A stretch of DNA of 64,000 bases from a virus: IMG/VR virus record IMGVR_UViG_3300046170_000494, positions 96,001 to 160,000 of that record. The stretch is one strand, 5' to 3'. The number at the start of each line of letters is the position of its first letter. The first letter of the stretch is position 1. Below the pieces are notes generated by a model. That model saw only the letters and a list, made by a program, of their open reading frames with translations. It searched no databases and was not told the DNA's origin. The position numbers and the translations under genes were made by a program. This document shows positions 27,414-38,000 of this stretch, piece after piece.

Positions 27414-30400
27414 AATAATATATTATTGTTAGTGTTAGTATCGTTTGAATAATATTTTCCAGCAAAGTCTGGATAGGTAGCTTGATTCCAAATAAACATC
27501 CATGATCTACTTTGGCTCCAAATCCAATGACCTTGACTATTGTAAGAGTTACTAACATAAAAAAATCCGTTATATATGCTATTTGTTAATACTCCAGTGA
27601 CCCAATAATTACTTTCAGCCCCTTCATTAAAAGTAGGTATAACATATAAAGTGACTGGAACATTATTATAAAATGCATATTCAACATTAATGAAAAAACC
27701 TTGCTTCGAAATTTCATCGCCTCTTAATATTTGCTCTTGGATTTGAACTATCGCTCCGAATTTAGAATTATTTATGGTATAATGATAACCACTCGAAGAA
27801 GCTGCACTTGCTATTACAGCGTCAGTACCGTTTCTACCTAAAAGATAGGAGCTTAAAGGAAATCTTTTAGAATCAAGTACAACTTTTCTCTGGCTTGAAT
27901 TATATATATTATCAACATATGAGCCAAAGCTAATAACTGGTGGATCATACTCTATGCTATTATATTTTCCTGCGATTATACTTTGGCTACTACCTCCGTC
28001 AATTGAATTACTAACTCCCGCCCCGATTATATTTCCTCCCGCATTACCACTAACAAACTGAGGCATTTCATTATTATACCCCGCGCCGACAAAAGAAAAG
28101 TTATCTCCAACATTATTATTAAAACCTCCAGCTACTGTAGAGAATCTTCCGGTTATATCATTATATGCTCCACCAATAATCGCAGAAGCTAATCCGTGAT
28201 ATCCGCCATAACCAGTAATAAAATTATCATAACCACCTCCAATGAATGTTGCGTTTTCTCCATCTAAACTATTAAATCCAATACTAGAACCTCCAGCTGC
28301 GGAGTCCAGACCGTTCAATATAAGAGACCCTTTTAATTCTATTCTATTTTCTTGCCCATTAAATCTAATGTAAGAGTCTGAACCACCTATATCAAACTTA
28401 GGATTTGGCAAGCCATTTTCTTTTTCATTACCTATAAAAAATCCCGTAACGCCGTTTCCGTACTCTTTACCAACAGTTTTAATAATTCCGCCATGTCCAA
28501 CATATTGATTATTGGAATTAACATCCCCCTCTCCCATAGTAAGAGTATGAGTGATTGCAGTGTCTTGAGCTAACAATATATCAGTTGCAACCATATCAAA
28601 TTGAGCATCAAACTCTTGCCAATCGTTATTAGAAGAAGAAGGGGTGCTGCTAGTGGTTTCGGCTAAAGCCATCCAATATCCATTGCCATAAAATACTACA
28701 TCCCCTCTTAAAGATTCTTCCGTTGCTCCCTGATAAGTTTTACTTGAATCAAATTCTCCTCTAAAAACTATACCCGCACCCTTATTTCCTTTTCGCCCAT
28801 CAAAACTTAAAGATAGATTTTGTTCAACTGTGAAAGTGCGCACTCCGCCGTCATGATCACGTGTTGTTACATTGTAAGTAACTTTAGCTTTACTATTCGA
28901 TTCGGAGCTCCATCCACTTAATTTTGTTCGAAAGCTCTGATTAACTGGTGGCATAATGGATATAGTACAATTATTAGTTGAGGTTGTTACATAATACTCA
29001 CCATTTTGACTCCCACTTGTTCCTCCATATTCAAGAGAGTCGGTTCCCTCGAATACTGTTAATATATTTTCTGTTGTATTTAAATTCGCAACTGTATTTA
29101 TTTGACTCAATCCACCTTTTTGTCCATTAGCGTCTGTACCTACGGTTATAGTAACAAACTCTTGGCTTTGAAGTATCGTTATGCCATTAGATCCTTCTTT
29201 TAATTTACTAATAGTTATTTTATCTGTGGATTTTTTCACAAACGATGACCCAACATTAAAAGAGTCGTAAGCTTCAACCTCTATGACTGTAGGCAAGTCG
29301 CTGGAAGTGTAAGAGCTTGGAACAGTAAAACCATAAGTGTTATCACGGCTCATATTTTGCACTATAGTGTTATCTCTTTTAAATATAAAATGTGGAGTAT
29401 GATAATAAAAACCTCCAGCTTCAGCACTTACTGTTACCGTGCCGGCATGAGGATTTGAACCTAAAGAATTATATTGAATAGCTTGAGGTTGTGCGGTAAG
29501 ATCAAGAGTTCTTCCAGCAGAACCTTCTTTTATTTTACTAAAAGTATATAATCTCTCAAACTCAATAGGACCAAGATCAGCCCTTGTTGAACCCGCTTTA
29601 TAATGATTATCTTGAAGAGTTATTTTTAAAAAGCCAGTAGTTAAATCATCTGGTAAACTTGTAATTTCTATATTTAATTGATCAGATGAATTTTTAGTAG
29701 CGCTATATGATATACCGCCATCACTTTTCTCTATGCTTTTACAAGAATATGTACCGGTTTGATTAGATCCAGAAAGATATTCATAAGATTGATAACCCTT
29801 CATGAATACAGTATTAGTAGAAAATCCTTGGTAATCAGTACTATGAACTTTATTATTTTCGTCAGAAGGAAATGAAACGTTTTCGTTATCTAAAAATACT
29901 GTATATGAGTCTTTTCCTGGAAGCGATCCATATATAGTTACAAAATCACTAGCAATAACATTAGTATTATATATTCCACTAATTTCAACATGAGCAAGAA
30001 ATGGAGTATCATCATATTCATTAAATTTAAGATCTAAATTATTTATAGTATGACTAGTATTATCTTGTTGATTAGCTATCTCTACTAAATTATCTAAATC
30101 CTTACCAGTAGAAAATATATAATGCAATGAACCATATGTATTATATGGAATAGCTTTTAATGATAGTGTTTTATTATTGTCCTCAAACTCTCTATCGTAA
30201 TTATATTTATAAACTTGTTGAGCAGCATCTAATTCAACATATATAGAAGCTGCGCCGTCTGCAATAAAGTTAACAGAAATTGACCTCTCAGTAGAAGTTT
30301 TTTCTCCAGAAGCAGATATTAAAATTGTATTACATGTATTAGGTAATGTAGAATTAATTATATGATCAAATCCGGTGACACTAAATTCTGCTCTTGCCTG

Positions 30401-33400
30401 CTTAACAAATCCATTTGTAAAATCCGAAGCTGGATCATATGTAAATCCACTAATATCATATTTTCCATTTGAATCGCGATCATCGTAACCAAATATTGGA
30501 ATTATATTTCCACCAACAAATACTTTATCAGCTCTAAATCTAACCTCATCAGATTCAATAGAGCTATTTTGAAATCTAGCAATAATATCACAAATATCAT
30601 TATCATCTTCAGGTATATAGGTTCCATCTGATTGCTCAACATAAAAAAACGAATTAGGTTCAGCGGTCATATCTGGAAACGTATATTCTTTATCGTCTTC
30701 AGTTCTTAATTTTCCGGCAAGAGTTAATACCCCATTATCAAAATATAATCTACCATCGTCTCCTGCGAATACAAAACTTCCATCCCCGCTTATGGCAAAA
30801 CCTTTTTGTTGATCCCCGACAGTTGGAGCTAAACCAGAAAAACCTACACTTCTTATTTGCCCAGTTCCGCCTATTTGGATATCCTGACTTCGTACTTCTG
30901 CAGATCTAATTTTATCTGCAGTTAATGTATGGATTTTAGCGCTCGTTATGGCTGCTTCTCTTATATGAGCGGTTCCTATTGATGCATTTGCAAAAGCGTG
31001 CCACATAGGAGTAGCGGTACCTGCAGCATTACGAGCAATAATAAAATCATGCTCTTCTCCCAATAAAGAGGGTTTTAAGTTATTATTATAAGGGTCTCCA
31101 TTTAATTCTGTAGTGTCTCCCTCTCCTGCAGGATGATATTTCGATGTATTATAATTACCACTGTATACAATATTTCGAAGAGGATTATTTATACTACTAT
31201 TTAAAGGGCCTCCCCCAGCACCAGTTAGTCCTAAATGTCCACTCTGTACACTTGTGAGTGGAGTTACATCATATCCATGAGTAGCTTGTTTACCTGTCGC
31301 GCTCCAATATACATACGGTTCATCAGTATCAGCGAATCCTTCTCCTATTACATAACCAGTTCCATTGTAATAAACAAAATGTCTATCCCAGCTAATTTGG
31401 TTTGCTGATGGATAATTATCAAAGAAAGGGTCGTTAGGGACTAAAGCTAAAACATTAGGGAATGAATCTGTCAAGTTTTGTTCGAAATCGGCGAGGTCAG
31501 TTGTTTTTGCTTGACCCAAGATTAACTCAAGCCCCTTCACGTCATCTGTACTCAAATTAGCAGCTCCAGTAAATGGACCTTTATTTCCAACTTGATCTAC
31601 TGGCCTAACCCAAAAATATCTTTTATCATTTATTCCTCCTTTATGAGTGATTTGAGATAATTGAGAAATTGCCGGACTATTTAATATATTAGTTGCATTT
31701 GTAATTCCACTTCCAGGGTCTTGAAGTTCTGGAGGTATAGGACCAACACTACTTAATTCTTGTCCAATTCTATTAAATCCTGTATTAGACGCCTGAGTTA
31801 AATTAACATTTAATGTACCAAAATGCAAATAATCATCTTCTGATTCCCAAATTTCATAATATTTAACATCGTCAGGAACAATATCTAATCTTCCTACGCT
31901 ATAATTTGGCGCTGCCCAGTTAAGAAAATAGTTTTCAAATGCAGTATCTCCACTGAAATCTATAACAGGCCCAGGAACTAAATTTTTAAGAATATTTTCA
32001 GATATAGGACCAGCAGGAATACTTGGATCTTGACTACTATATCCCTTGGGATATATCTTAATAAGGTCTAAGGCTCCTTGATTATTTTCTAAATTATATA
32101 CATCACCACTACCAAAAGCATCGAAAGGTAATATCTTGTAATAGTAGCCAGTAATTTCATCATTTATAGGAGGAGAATCAACAATAGTAGTTATATTTTC
32201 TCCAAAAGTAGAGTCTCCAGCTCCTAAATTTATTTTAACCAAGGGAGAATCTATTTCTTGCCCACCAACATTTATCTTACCGACTTTATCTATAGCGAAT
32301 CCACGATCATCATATATGCTAAAATTAGGTTGAGTAGATCTATACAAATGAACTTTAGTGGTAGATTCTTGAGCTCCAAAAGCATAATTAAAATTAAATT
32401 TAACTTTAGTTACTTCGCTAAATGGATCTACATTAAAACCGTTAGCTAAAATACTAGGCTCATAATTTTGTCCGATAATCTTTTCTTTTTGAATTATTTC
32501 TCCATAATTATCCAATATCGCGACCTCTAAACCAACCGATCTTTTTCCGCTCTGAGGAATACCTATATGTTTAAATACTATATCATCATATTTAGTATCT
32601 CTTTCCCATATAGGCATCCAGTGAGAATTTATATAATTAATATCATCAACACCCCCAGCATCAGTTGTAGCAAAGATAGGTTGTCCGGTCGGATTATTTT
32701 GTAAAGCTTTATAAACAATATCTTCACTATATACAAGATCATTAGCATTATAATTCGCAAACTCATCATAAAACGAAACTTGTAATTGAAATTTATCGGA
32801 AACTTCTGGAGTCTGCTCTTCCCAATTAGCAGAATCTATAGATGGGTCGATAGTAATAGGTGAAGATATATTTGCTTTTGCTTTGAACACAGAATCCTTA
32901 TAGTCTACCCCTTCAGTGGCGACTCTCCAGAAATCGCTTTCTATACTAGGAGTTATAGCATTACCAATAGATTGAGATCTTAAAGCTATATAAGCTTCTC
33001 CGCTATACAAAACAACAGAATCTTGCTCATATCTTATATTTTCTTCAAAAATTGAGACATTAGATTTGGGTGAAGTAATTATGTCTCCAGAGTTATATGA
33101 ATCATATTCATTAAAAAATCCATTAGTATATTCTGGACCAGAGTTTTGAGTTGATTTATAAACATTACCCCCATAACTTACTGCATCCGAGTGAGGAGTA
33201 GAACTTCTATAAATATAATTCTTAGCAGAATCCCACTCAGAGTAAGAAGGTCTAATAAAAGGAGTTGATATACTATTTTGCGATTTTATTTCAAATAAAC
33301 CTAAGTTAGTAGTTGCATTTTTAGGTCCAGAATCAGGAGAGTAAACAGTCGAAGAGCTAAAATCATAAGCGTCAGAAGGAAATCCTCCGGCTTTATAAAT

Positions 33401-35002
33401 TGCGTTATTTATTTCTCTGGTATATTCATAATTGTTAAATACTTTAGCGTTATGCAGACCTTCTACTTTTTCTTTTTCGCCTTGAGCATTTAATGCGGCG
33501 GATGAAGCTTCATCTCCAACGGTTATTCCAGATAAAAACAATTCGGTATCTGCATCAAATAAAGAGCCGCTAATACCTAATAAAGATGGAACATCTGATT
33601 CAGTAAATATAAATTTTCTTTCAGATAAATCAACGGAATTCCCGTCATTATCAACTAAGTCCCAATCAAATATTAAATCACTATCTCTTTCTCTAAATCT
33701 TAAATTATCTATTCTAATCAAAGAAGTAAAATCCCGCAAAGGGCCTTCTTCATGTAATCCAGTTATTGTTAGATTATAATTTTTCCCAGGGCCAAAACTA
33801 TCATTAGCTTCAAATCCATAATAATAAGAATAACCAAATACCTGCATCTGCTCGTGATTGTTTTCAGTAGCAGTTTCCTCTATGTATTTAAAGTCAAAAG
33901 GTTCTTCTAATTGATTCCAATAATTAGAGTTTGCAGGGCTTTTAGATAAACTTGCTGTATGAGTAACTTTAGCTTCATAAACTAGTCCGTCAGAATGAAG
34001 AACAGTTTGATTCCTTTCATATACTTTATTAGGAATATTCCTCCATGGGCTCGCATTTCTTAGATTAGTATAATAGTAAAAATTATCATGAATACTATCA
34101 CTAGAAAATAGATTTTTTTCTGATGGTATAGCAATCCCGCTTATTTTCACAAAGGAAAAATCGTTATCTACAGAAGACCAAGAAAAAGAAGTGCTAGAGC
34201 CCCTCATTGAATGAGAAAATGAATTTATAGTTGGCTCGTAATTTATTCCCGTAAGTATACCCGTGCAAGTCCTCCCAAAAGAATCGTAAGCTACAATTTC
34301 AAACGAATTAACTCTCTCCAAATCTAAATCGATAAAAGAAGCTGGATCTATATCTAATTCAAAATTTCTGTAAAAACTTAAAGCTTGCGCAGGCTCAGAT
34401 GAATTAAGTTTTACCTGAAGAGCCTCAGAATCATTTAATATTGAATTACTAACAACTAAACCATTCACTCCCCTTTTAATTGTAACTTCAAAATGGTCAA
34501 AAAAATCATCATTAAGCAATTCTGAACTTAAAGATGAACCTTCTTGAGCATGACCTACAGGAGGAATTAATTCCCACTGAATTTTACTTTTTTTTCCAAG
34601 AAATTCCGATTGACTTGCTAATAGATCCCCTTCTTCTTGTGGGATTATTTGATCAACAATATTATTCTGACTAGCAGGGGGAAGATCTGCGATACGTAAG
34701 TTATTAAAAGTAAATGTTCCATCGAAATTTGGCGGACTAATAGTAATCCTTTCTTGTATAAATTCAGAACGAATACCTATATTACTTATAGCATAAACCC
34801 TAACATCAAATACTCCATAATTACCTTTTAAAGGTATAGTTTTTCTAACAGTATTATTTGAAGATCCTCGATCATTATTTATTAAAGAACTTCCAACCCC
34901 AAGATTATATTGAAAAGAATAATTATCAGAAGTACCAACAACCTCATATGCTGCATCCAAATCTTCAATGTCGAACTTTATTCCTAGAGTTGTTGTGGCC
35001 AT
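27410..35002 (-). CDS. giant central tail fibre/spike (gpJ C-terminal equivalent) with FN3, CBM5/12-like and beta-roll repeats
   Basis: FN3-like FDVRVYAISNIGIRSEF; repeated YxxGDxVxYxGxxYxA...P...W modules; J-like ASIGTAHIREAAITSAKI; GGxxNxIxG repeats near the C-terminus. Confidence 0.8.
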   Translation of the reverse strand: MATTTLGIKFDIEDLDAAYEVVGTSDNYSFQYNLGVGSSLINNDRGSSNNTVRKTIPLKGNYGVFDVRVYAISNIGIRSEFIQERITISPPNFDGTFTFNNLRIADLPPASQNNIVDQIIPQEEGDLLASQSEFLGKKSKIQWELIPPVGHAQEGSSLSSELLNDDFFDHFEVTIKRGVNGLVVSNSILNDSEALQVKLNSSEPAQALSFYRNFELDIDPASFIDLDLERVNSFEIVAYDSFGRTCTGILTGINYEPTINSFSHSMRGSSTSFSWSSVDNDFSFVKISGIAIPSEKNLFSSDSIHDNFYYYTNLRNASPWRNIPNKVYERNQTVLHSDGLVYEAKVTHTASLSKSPANSNYWNQLEEPFDFKYIEETATENNHEQMQVFGYSYYYGFEANDSFGPGKNYNLTITGLHEEGPLRDFTSLIRIDNLRFRERDSDLIFDWDLVDNDGNSVDLSERKFIFTESDVPSLLGISGSLFDADTELFLSGITVGDEASSAALNAQGEKEKVEGLHNAKVFNNYEYTREINNAIYKAGGFPSDAYDFSSSTVYSPDSGPKNATTNLGLFEIKSQNSISTPFIRPSYSEWDSAKNYIYRSSTPHSDAVSYGGNVYKSTQNSGPEYTNGFFNEYDSYNSGDIITSPKSNVSIFEENIRYEQDSVVLYSGEAYIALRSQSIGNAITPSIESDFWRVATEGVDYKDSVFKAKANISSPITIDPSIDSANWEEQTPEVSDKFQLQVSFYDEFANYNANDLVYSEDIVYKALQNNPTGQPIFATTDAGGVDDINYINSHWMPIWERDTKYDDIVFKHIGIPQSGKRSVGLEVAILDNYGEIIQKEKIIGQNYEPSILANGFNVDPFSEVTKVKFNFNYAFGAQESTTKVHLYRSTQPNFSIYDDRGFAIDKVGKINVGGQEIDSPLVKINLGAGDSTFGENITTIVDSPPINDEITGYYYKILPFDAFGSGDVYNLENNQGALDLIKIYPKGYSSQDPSIPAGPISENILKNLVPGPVIDFSGDTAFENYFLNWAAPNYSVGRLDIVPDDVKYYEIWESEDDYLHFGTLNVNLTQASNTGFNRIGQELSSVGPIPPELQDPGSGITNATNILNSPAISQLSQITHKGGINDKRYFWVRPVDQVGNKGPFTGAANLSTDDVKGLELILGQAKTTDLADFEQNLTDSFPNVLALVPNDPFFDNYPSANQISWDRHFVYYNGTGYVIGEGFADTDEPYVYWSATGKQATHGYDVTPLTSVQSGHLGLTGAGGGPLNSSINNPLRNIVYSGNYNTSKYHPAGEGDTTELNGDPYNNNLKPSLLGEEHDFIIARNAAGTATPMWHAFANASIGTAHIREAAITSAKIHTLTADKIRSAEVRSQDIQIGGTGQIRSVGFSGLAPTVGDQQKGFAISGDGSFVFAGDDGRLYFDNGVLTLAGKLRTEDDKEYTFPDMTAEPNSFFYVEQSDGTYIPEDDNDICDIIARFQNSSIESDEVRFRADKVFVGGNIIPIFGYDDRDSNGKYDISGFTYDPASDFTNGFVKQARAEFSVTGFDHIINSTLPNTCNTILISASGEKTSTERSISVNFIADGAASIYVELDAAQQVYKYNYDREFEDNNKTLSLKAIPYNTYGSLHYIFSTGKDLDNLVEIANQQDNTSHTINNLDLKFNEYDDTPFLAHVEISGIYNTNVIASDFVTIYGSLPGKDSYTVFLDNENVSFPSDENNKVHSTDYQGFSTNTVFMKGYQSYEYLSGSNQTGTYSCKSIEKSDGGISYSATKNSSDQLNIEITSLPDDLTTGFLKITLQDNHYKAGSTRADLGPIEFERLYTFSKIKEGSAGRTLDLTAQPQAIQYNSLGSNPHAGTVTVSAEAGGFYYHTPHFIFKRDNTIVQNMSRDNTYGFTVPSSYTSSDLPTVIEVEAYDSFNVGSSFVKKSTDKITISKLKEGSNGITILQSQEFVTITVGTDANGQKGGLSQINTVANLNTTENILTVFEGTDSLEYGGTSGSQNGEYYVTTSTNNCTISIMPPVNQSFRTKLSGWSSESNSKAKVTYNVTTRDHDGGVRTFTVEQNLSLSFDGRKGNKGAGIVFRGEFDSSKTYQGATEESLRGDVVFYGNGYWMALAETTSSTPSSSNNDWQEFDAQFDMVATDILLAQDTAITHTLTMGEGDVNSNNQYVGHGGIIKTVGKEYGNGVTGFFIGNEKENGLPNPKFDIGGSDSYIRFNGQENRIELKGSLILNGLDSAAGGSSIGFNSLDGENATFIGGGYDNFITGYGGYHGLASAIIGGAYNDITGRFSTVAGGFNNNVGDNFSFVGAGYNNEMPQFVSGNAGGNIIGAGVSNSIDGGSSQSIIAGKYNSIEYDPPVISFGSYVDNIYNSSQRKVVLDSKRFPLSSYLLGRNGTDAVIASAASSSGYHYTINNSKFGAIVQIQEQILRGDEISKQGFFINVEYAFYNNVPVTLYVIPTFNEGAESNYWVTGVLTNSIYNGFFYVSNSYNSQGHWIWSQSRSWMFIWNQATYPDFAGKYYSNDTNTNNNILL

Positions 35003-35006
35003 TATA

Positions 35007-38000
35007 TTAAATAGTTAAATCAGTTAACACTAAATTTTCCGGAGGTTCCGGTAAAGACATATCCGCTTGAGGCGGAATAGGTAGGGCAGGCATTTTAATT
35101 GATAAATTTTTATCCACAGAATCAAATTTTGAGTCATTATACTCCATACCATTCACTTCGAATTTTCTATCCTCAACTTCTTTCACAGAAAGAACTCTAA
35201 ATAATTGAGACTCAAAAGATCTAAATAATCTATTTTGAATAGATTCTATATATTCTACACTCCCTTTATCGTTAATTGTCACATCAAAAATTAAATATGC
35301 ATTATGAGAATCAATTAGTTCGATTTCATCATTGCTAATAAAAATAATATTCCAAGTTTTATTAATTACATTATCATCTAAATTAGAAGAGCTTGAGTCA
35401 AAATCTCTTATAGTAATTTTATTGTTTTTAAAAAAATCTAAACCGTGCCCTGATTCAAATTTTATTCTTAAAGCGTCCATGTTAGTAACATCATTATTTA
35501 ACGATGAAACTTTTTCCCAATCACTTATAACTGCTGAATGATAAGCGGGATTTCTCTGTACATCTTGCAAAGTTAATTCTGCTTCCACCTCTGAGGGGGT
35601 TACTCCTAAAAATTGTTGAATCTGAGAACTACCCATATTTGCTTTAGATGTAATCCAAAAACCGGAAGAAGCAGCAGCGTGCAAAATTGAAAAATCTCCT
35701 CCATCAGGAATGCTATAAATATCATTTTTTGAATAGTTATGGTTCTCTTGAAATACAAAAAACATTAACGGAGAAAAATTAGAACCTGTTTGTAAAAACT
35801 TTACATATATCCATTTTTGATCATTACTAGACCACCAGTATTGATTATATAAATTATTAGTGGTAGACACCCACCCAAATTCCGCAGACCAAAACCAAAA
35901 AAATTCATTATCATCATTTCTTGAATAATTCATTGATCCAACATAAATCCATCCTAACGAAGCAGAAAATATAAAACCATTATCGCTTGGTATATTAACA
36001 GTTCCAAACATTAAAGATTCATACCAATTAGTTTCAATTTCTGAAGTGAAGATAAAATAGTTTTCTAAATCGTTTGGGTTATGAGTCGCTTGCTCTGTAA
36101 TTTCTGATCCAAAAATTCCTTGTAAAGAGTATGATGCTCCAATTTCTATTTGATCAATATATCTTTGCGTAAAACTTTGGCTTTCTACAGCAAAGTAATG
36201 AAGTCCACCTGTATTAGAAAACTGGTCTCGTCCACGGTCTGAGATATTTATATGATCACCATTTAATGTCAAAGCTACTTGAAATGTATGTAATCCAGCA
36301 TTAACAACAAAATAAGAAGAAGATCCAACTCTAAGTTTATCTAGACCAGCGGGTAATAATCCAGAGGAAATGAATCTAACTCGATCTCCGTTTTCTAAAT
36401 TATGATTGTATGCCTTAATAACATTTTTATTTAAATCAACAGAAAAAGGAACTTTAACCATTAGATTAGATAAAATTGTTTTTTGTCCTTGAGGTCCAAA
36501 TTTATTAATATTTTCATTAACTCCTATACTAGCCTGAAACTTAATAAATTGAGGTGTATTATAACTTTCAATTTCAGCATCTTGATCTTCGGAAGATTTA
36601 TGTGAAGAAGCTCTTCCGTCTATGATTTTATCAGTCAGAAAAGGAAGTCCTACATTTACTGAAAACTCAACTTTATTTATGGAAACAAAGTCTTTTGCAG
36701 ATTTATCTATCAAAATATATGGAGACTCACCTTCAAACGAAGATATATCCAAAACCCTACCACTCATATTCTTACCAGCTCTATTTTCATCAGACACTTC
36801 GAAGATTGCGCCAGGATACAAATAAGAACCTTCTTCAGAGGTAGTAAAGCTTATTTTTTCATTTTCTAATTGAGACGAGTACAAAACCCATCTAGCTAAT
36901 CTTCTAGCTTGAGTTTCAGAGGTTATTCCTAAACCCATAACCTCATTTTCTTGATATCCATAAACCCTCATAGCTGCAGAATCTTCTTCATATACTAAAT
37001 CTGGCTTATAGTTTTTATTTTTATTATTAAACCGAACTAAACAAGATGTAAATTTTTTATTTTTATCCATACCAGAATACATAAATCCAGTCTCTCGATC
37101 TATATTTGAATTATTAAATAAAATAATTGGATCTTTTTGGCTGTCCTGTATAGTTAAAATTTTACCAAAATCATACCCAATAATTCCTCTGAATACAGAA
37201 GCTAAATTGTTCATAACCGTCAAAGCCTCGCCTCTTTCGTGGAGATATGTGCTGCATGTAAACCGTGGTTCTATAACAGGATAGTTTTTTTGTAGGCAGG
37301 CAGCGCCTAACGTTCTTCTTTTTCCATTTATTGAAAAAGTCGAAGGTATTTCTTCTAGCGATGGGCCAAATACAGTAATACTTTTTTTTGCTGGATTAGA
37401 CTCTTTTAAAACTCTTTCTTCGATAACTATTTCTCCTCTACGAACACATGAATTCTTTCTTACTAACTGCCTGGCATTAGTTTGTTGCATAGTTGATTCT
37501 GAAAAATTATGTTGATACATAAAAATAGCTACTTTAAGACCTTGAAATTCAACACCTTCACCAAAATCTTTCCTAAATTCGCCTTCAGAATAAGAGGTGT
37601 ATTCAACATCACTACCATTAGAGTTATAAAAACCGTTTTGATGAAAGCTAATTTCAAAACTTCCCTCTTCTCCATCTCCTTCTTGATTAGATATATTGTT
37701 ATTTGTAACACACGACCGAGGGGAAAAAGTTAATGTTTCGGGAGGGTGTCTAGTTTCAACCAGTTCGTCACAATATTTTGCGGCTTTATATAATTGCCAT
37801 TTATCTATATTATATTCCTCTAAACCATATTTCCCCAATCCATATCTAGGATTTTGTACTAAATCATAAAATATCCAAGCAGGGTTGTCTGTCCAATATC
37901 TAAATTCGTCAGAAATATCATTAACAGAACTTCCATCAATAGTTTGACCTTTAAAAAATCCATTCCAAGGACCCTTATATTTCCTAGATATAGGATCGTA

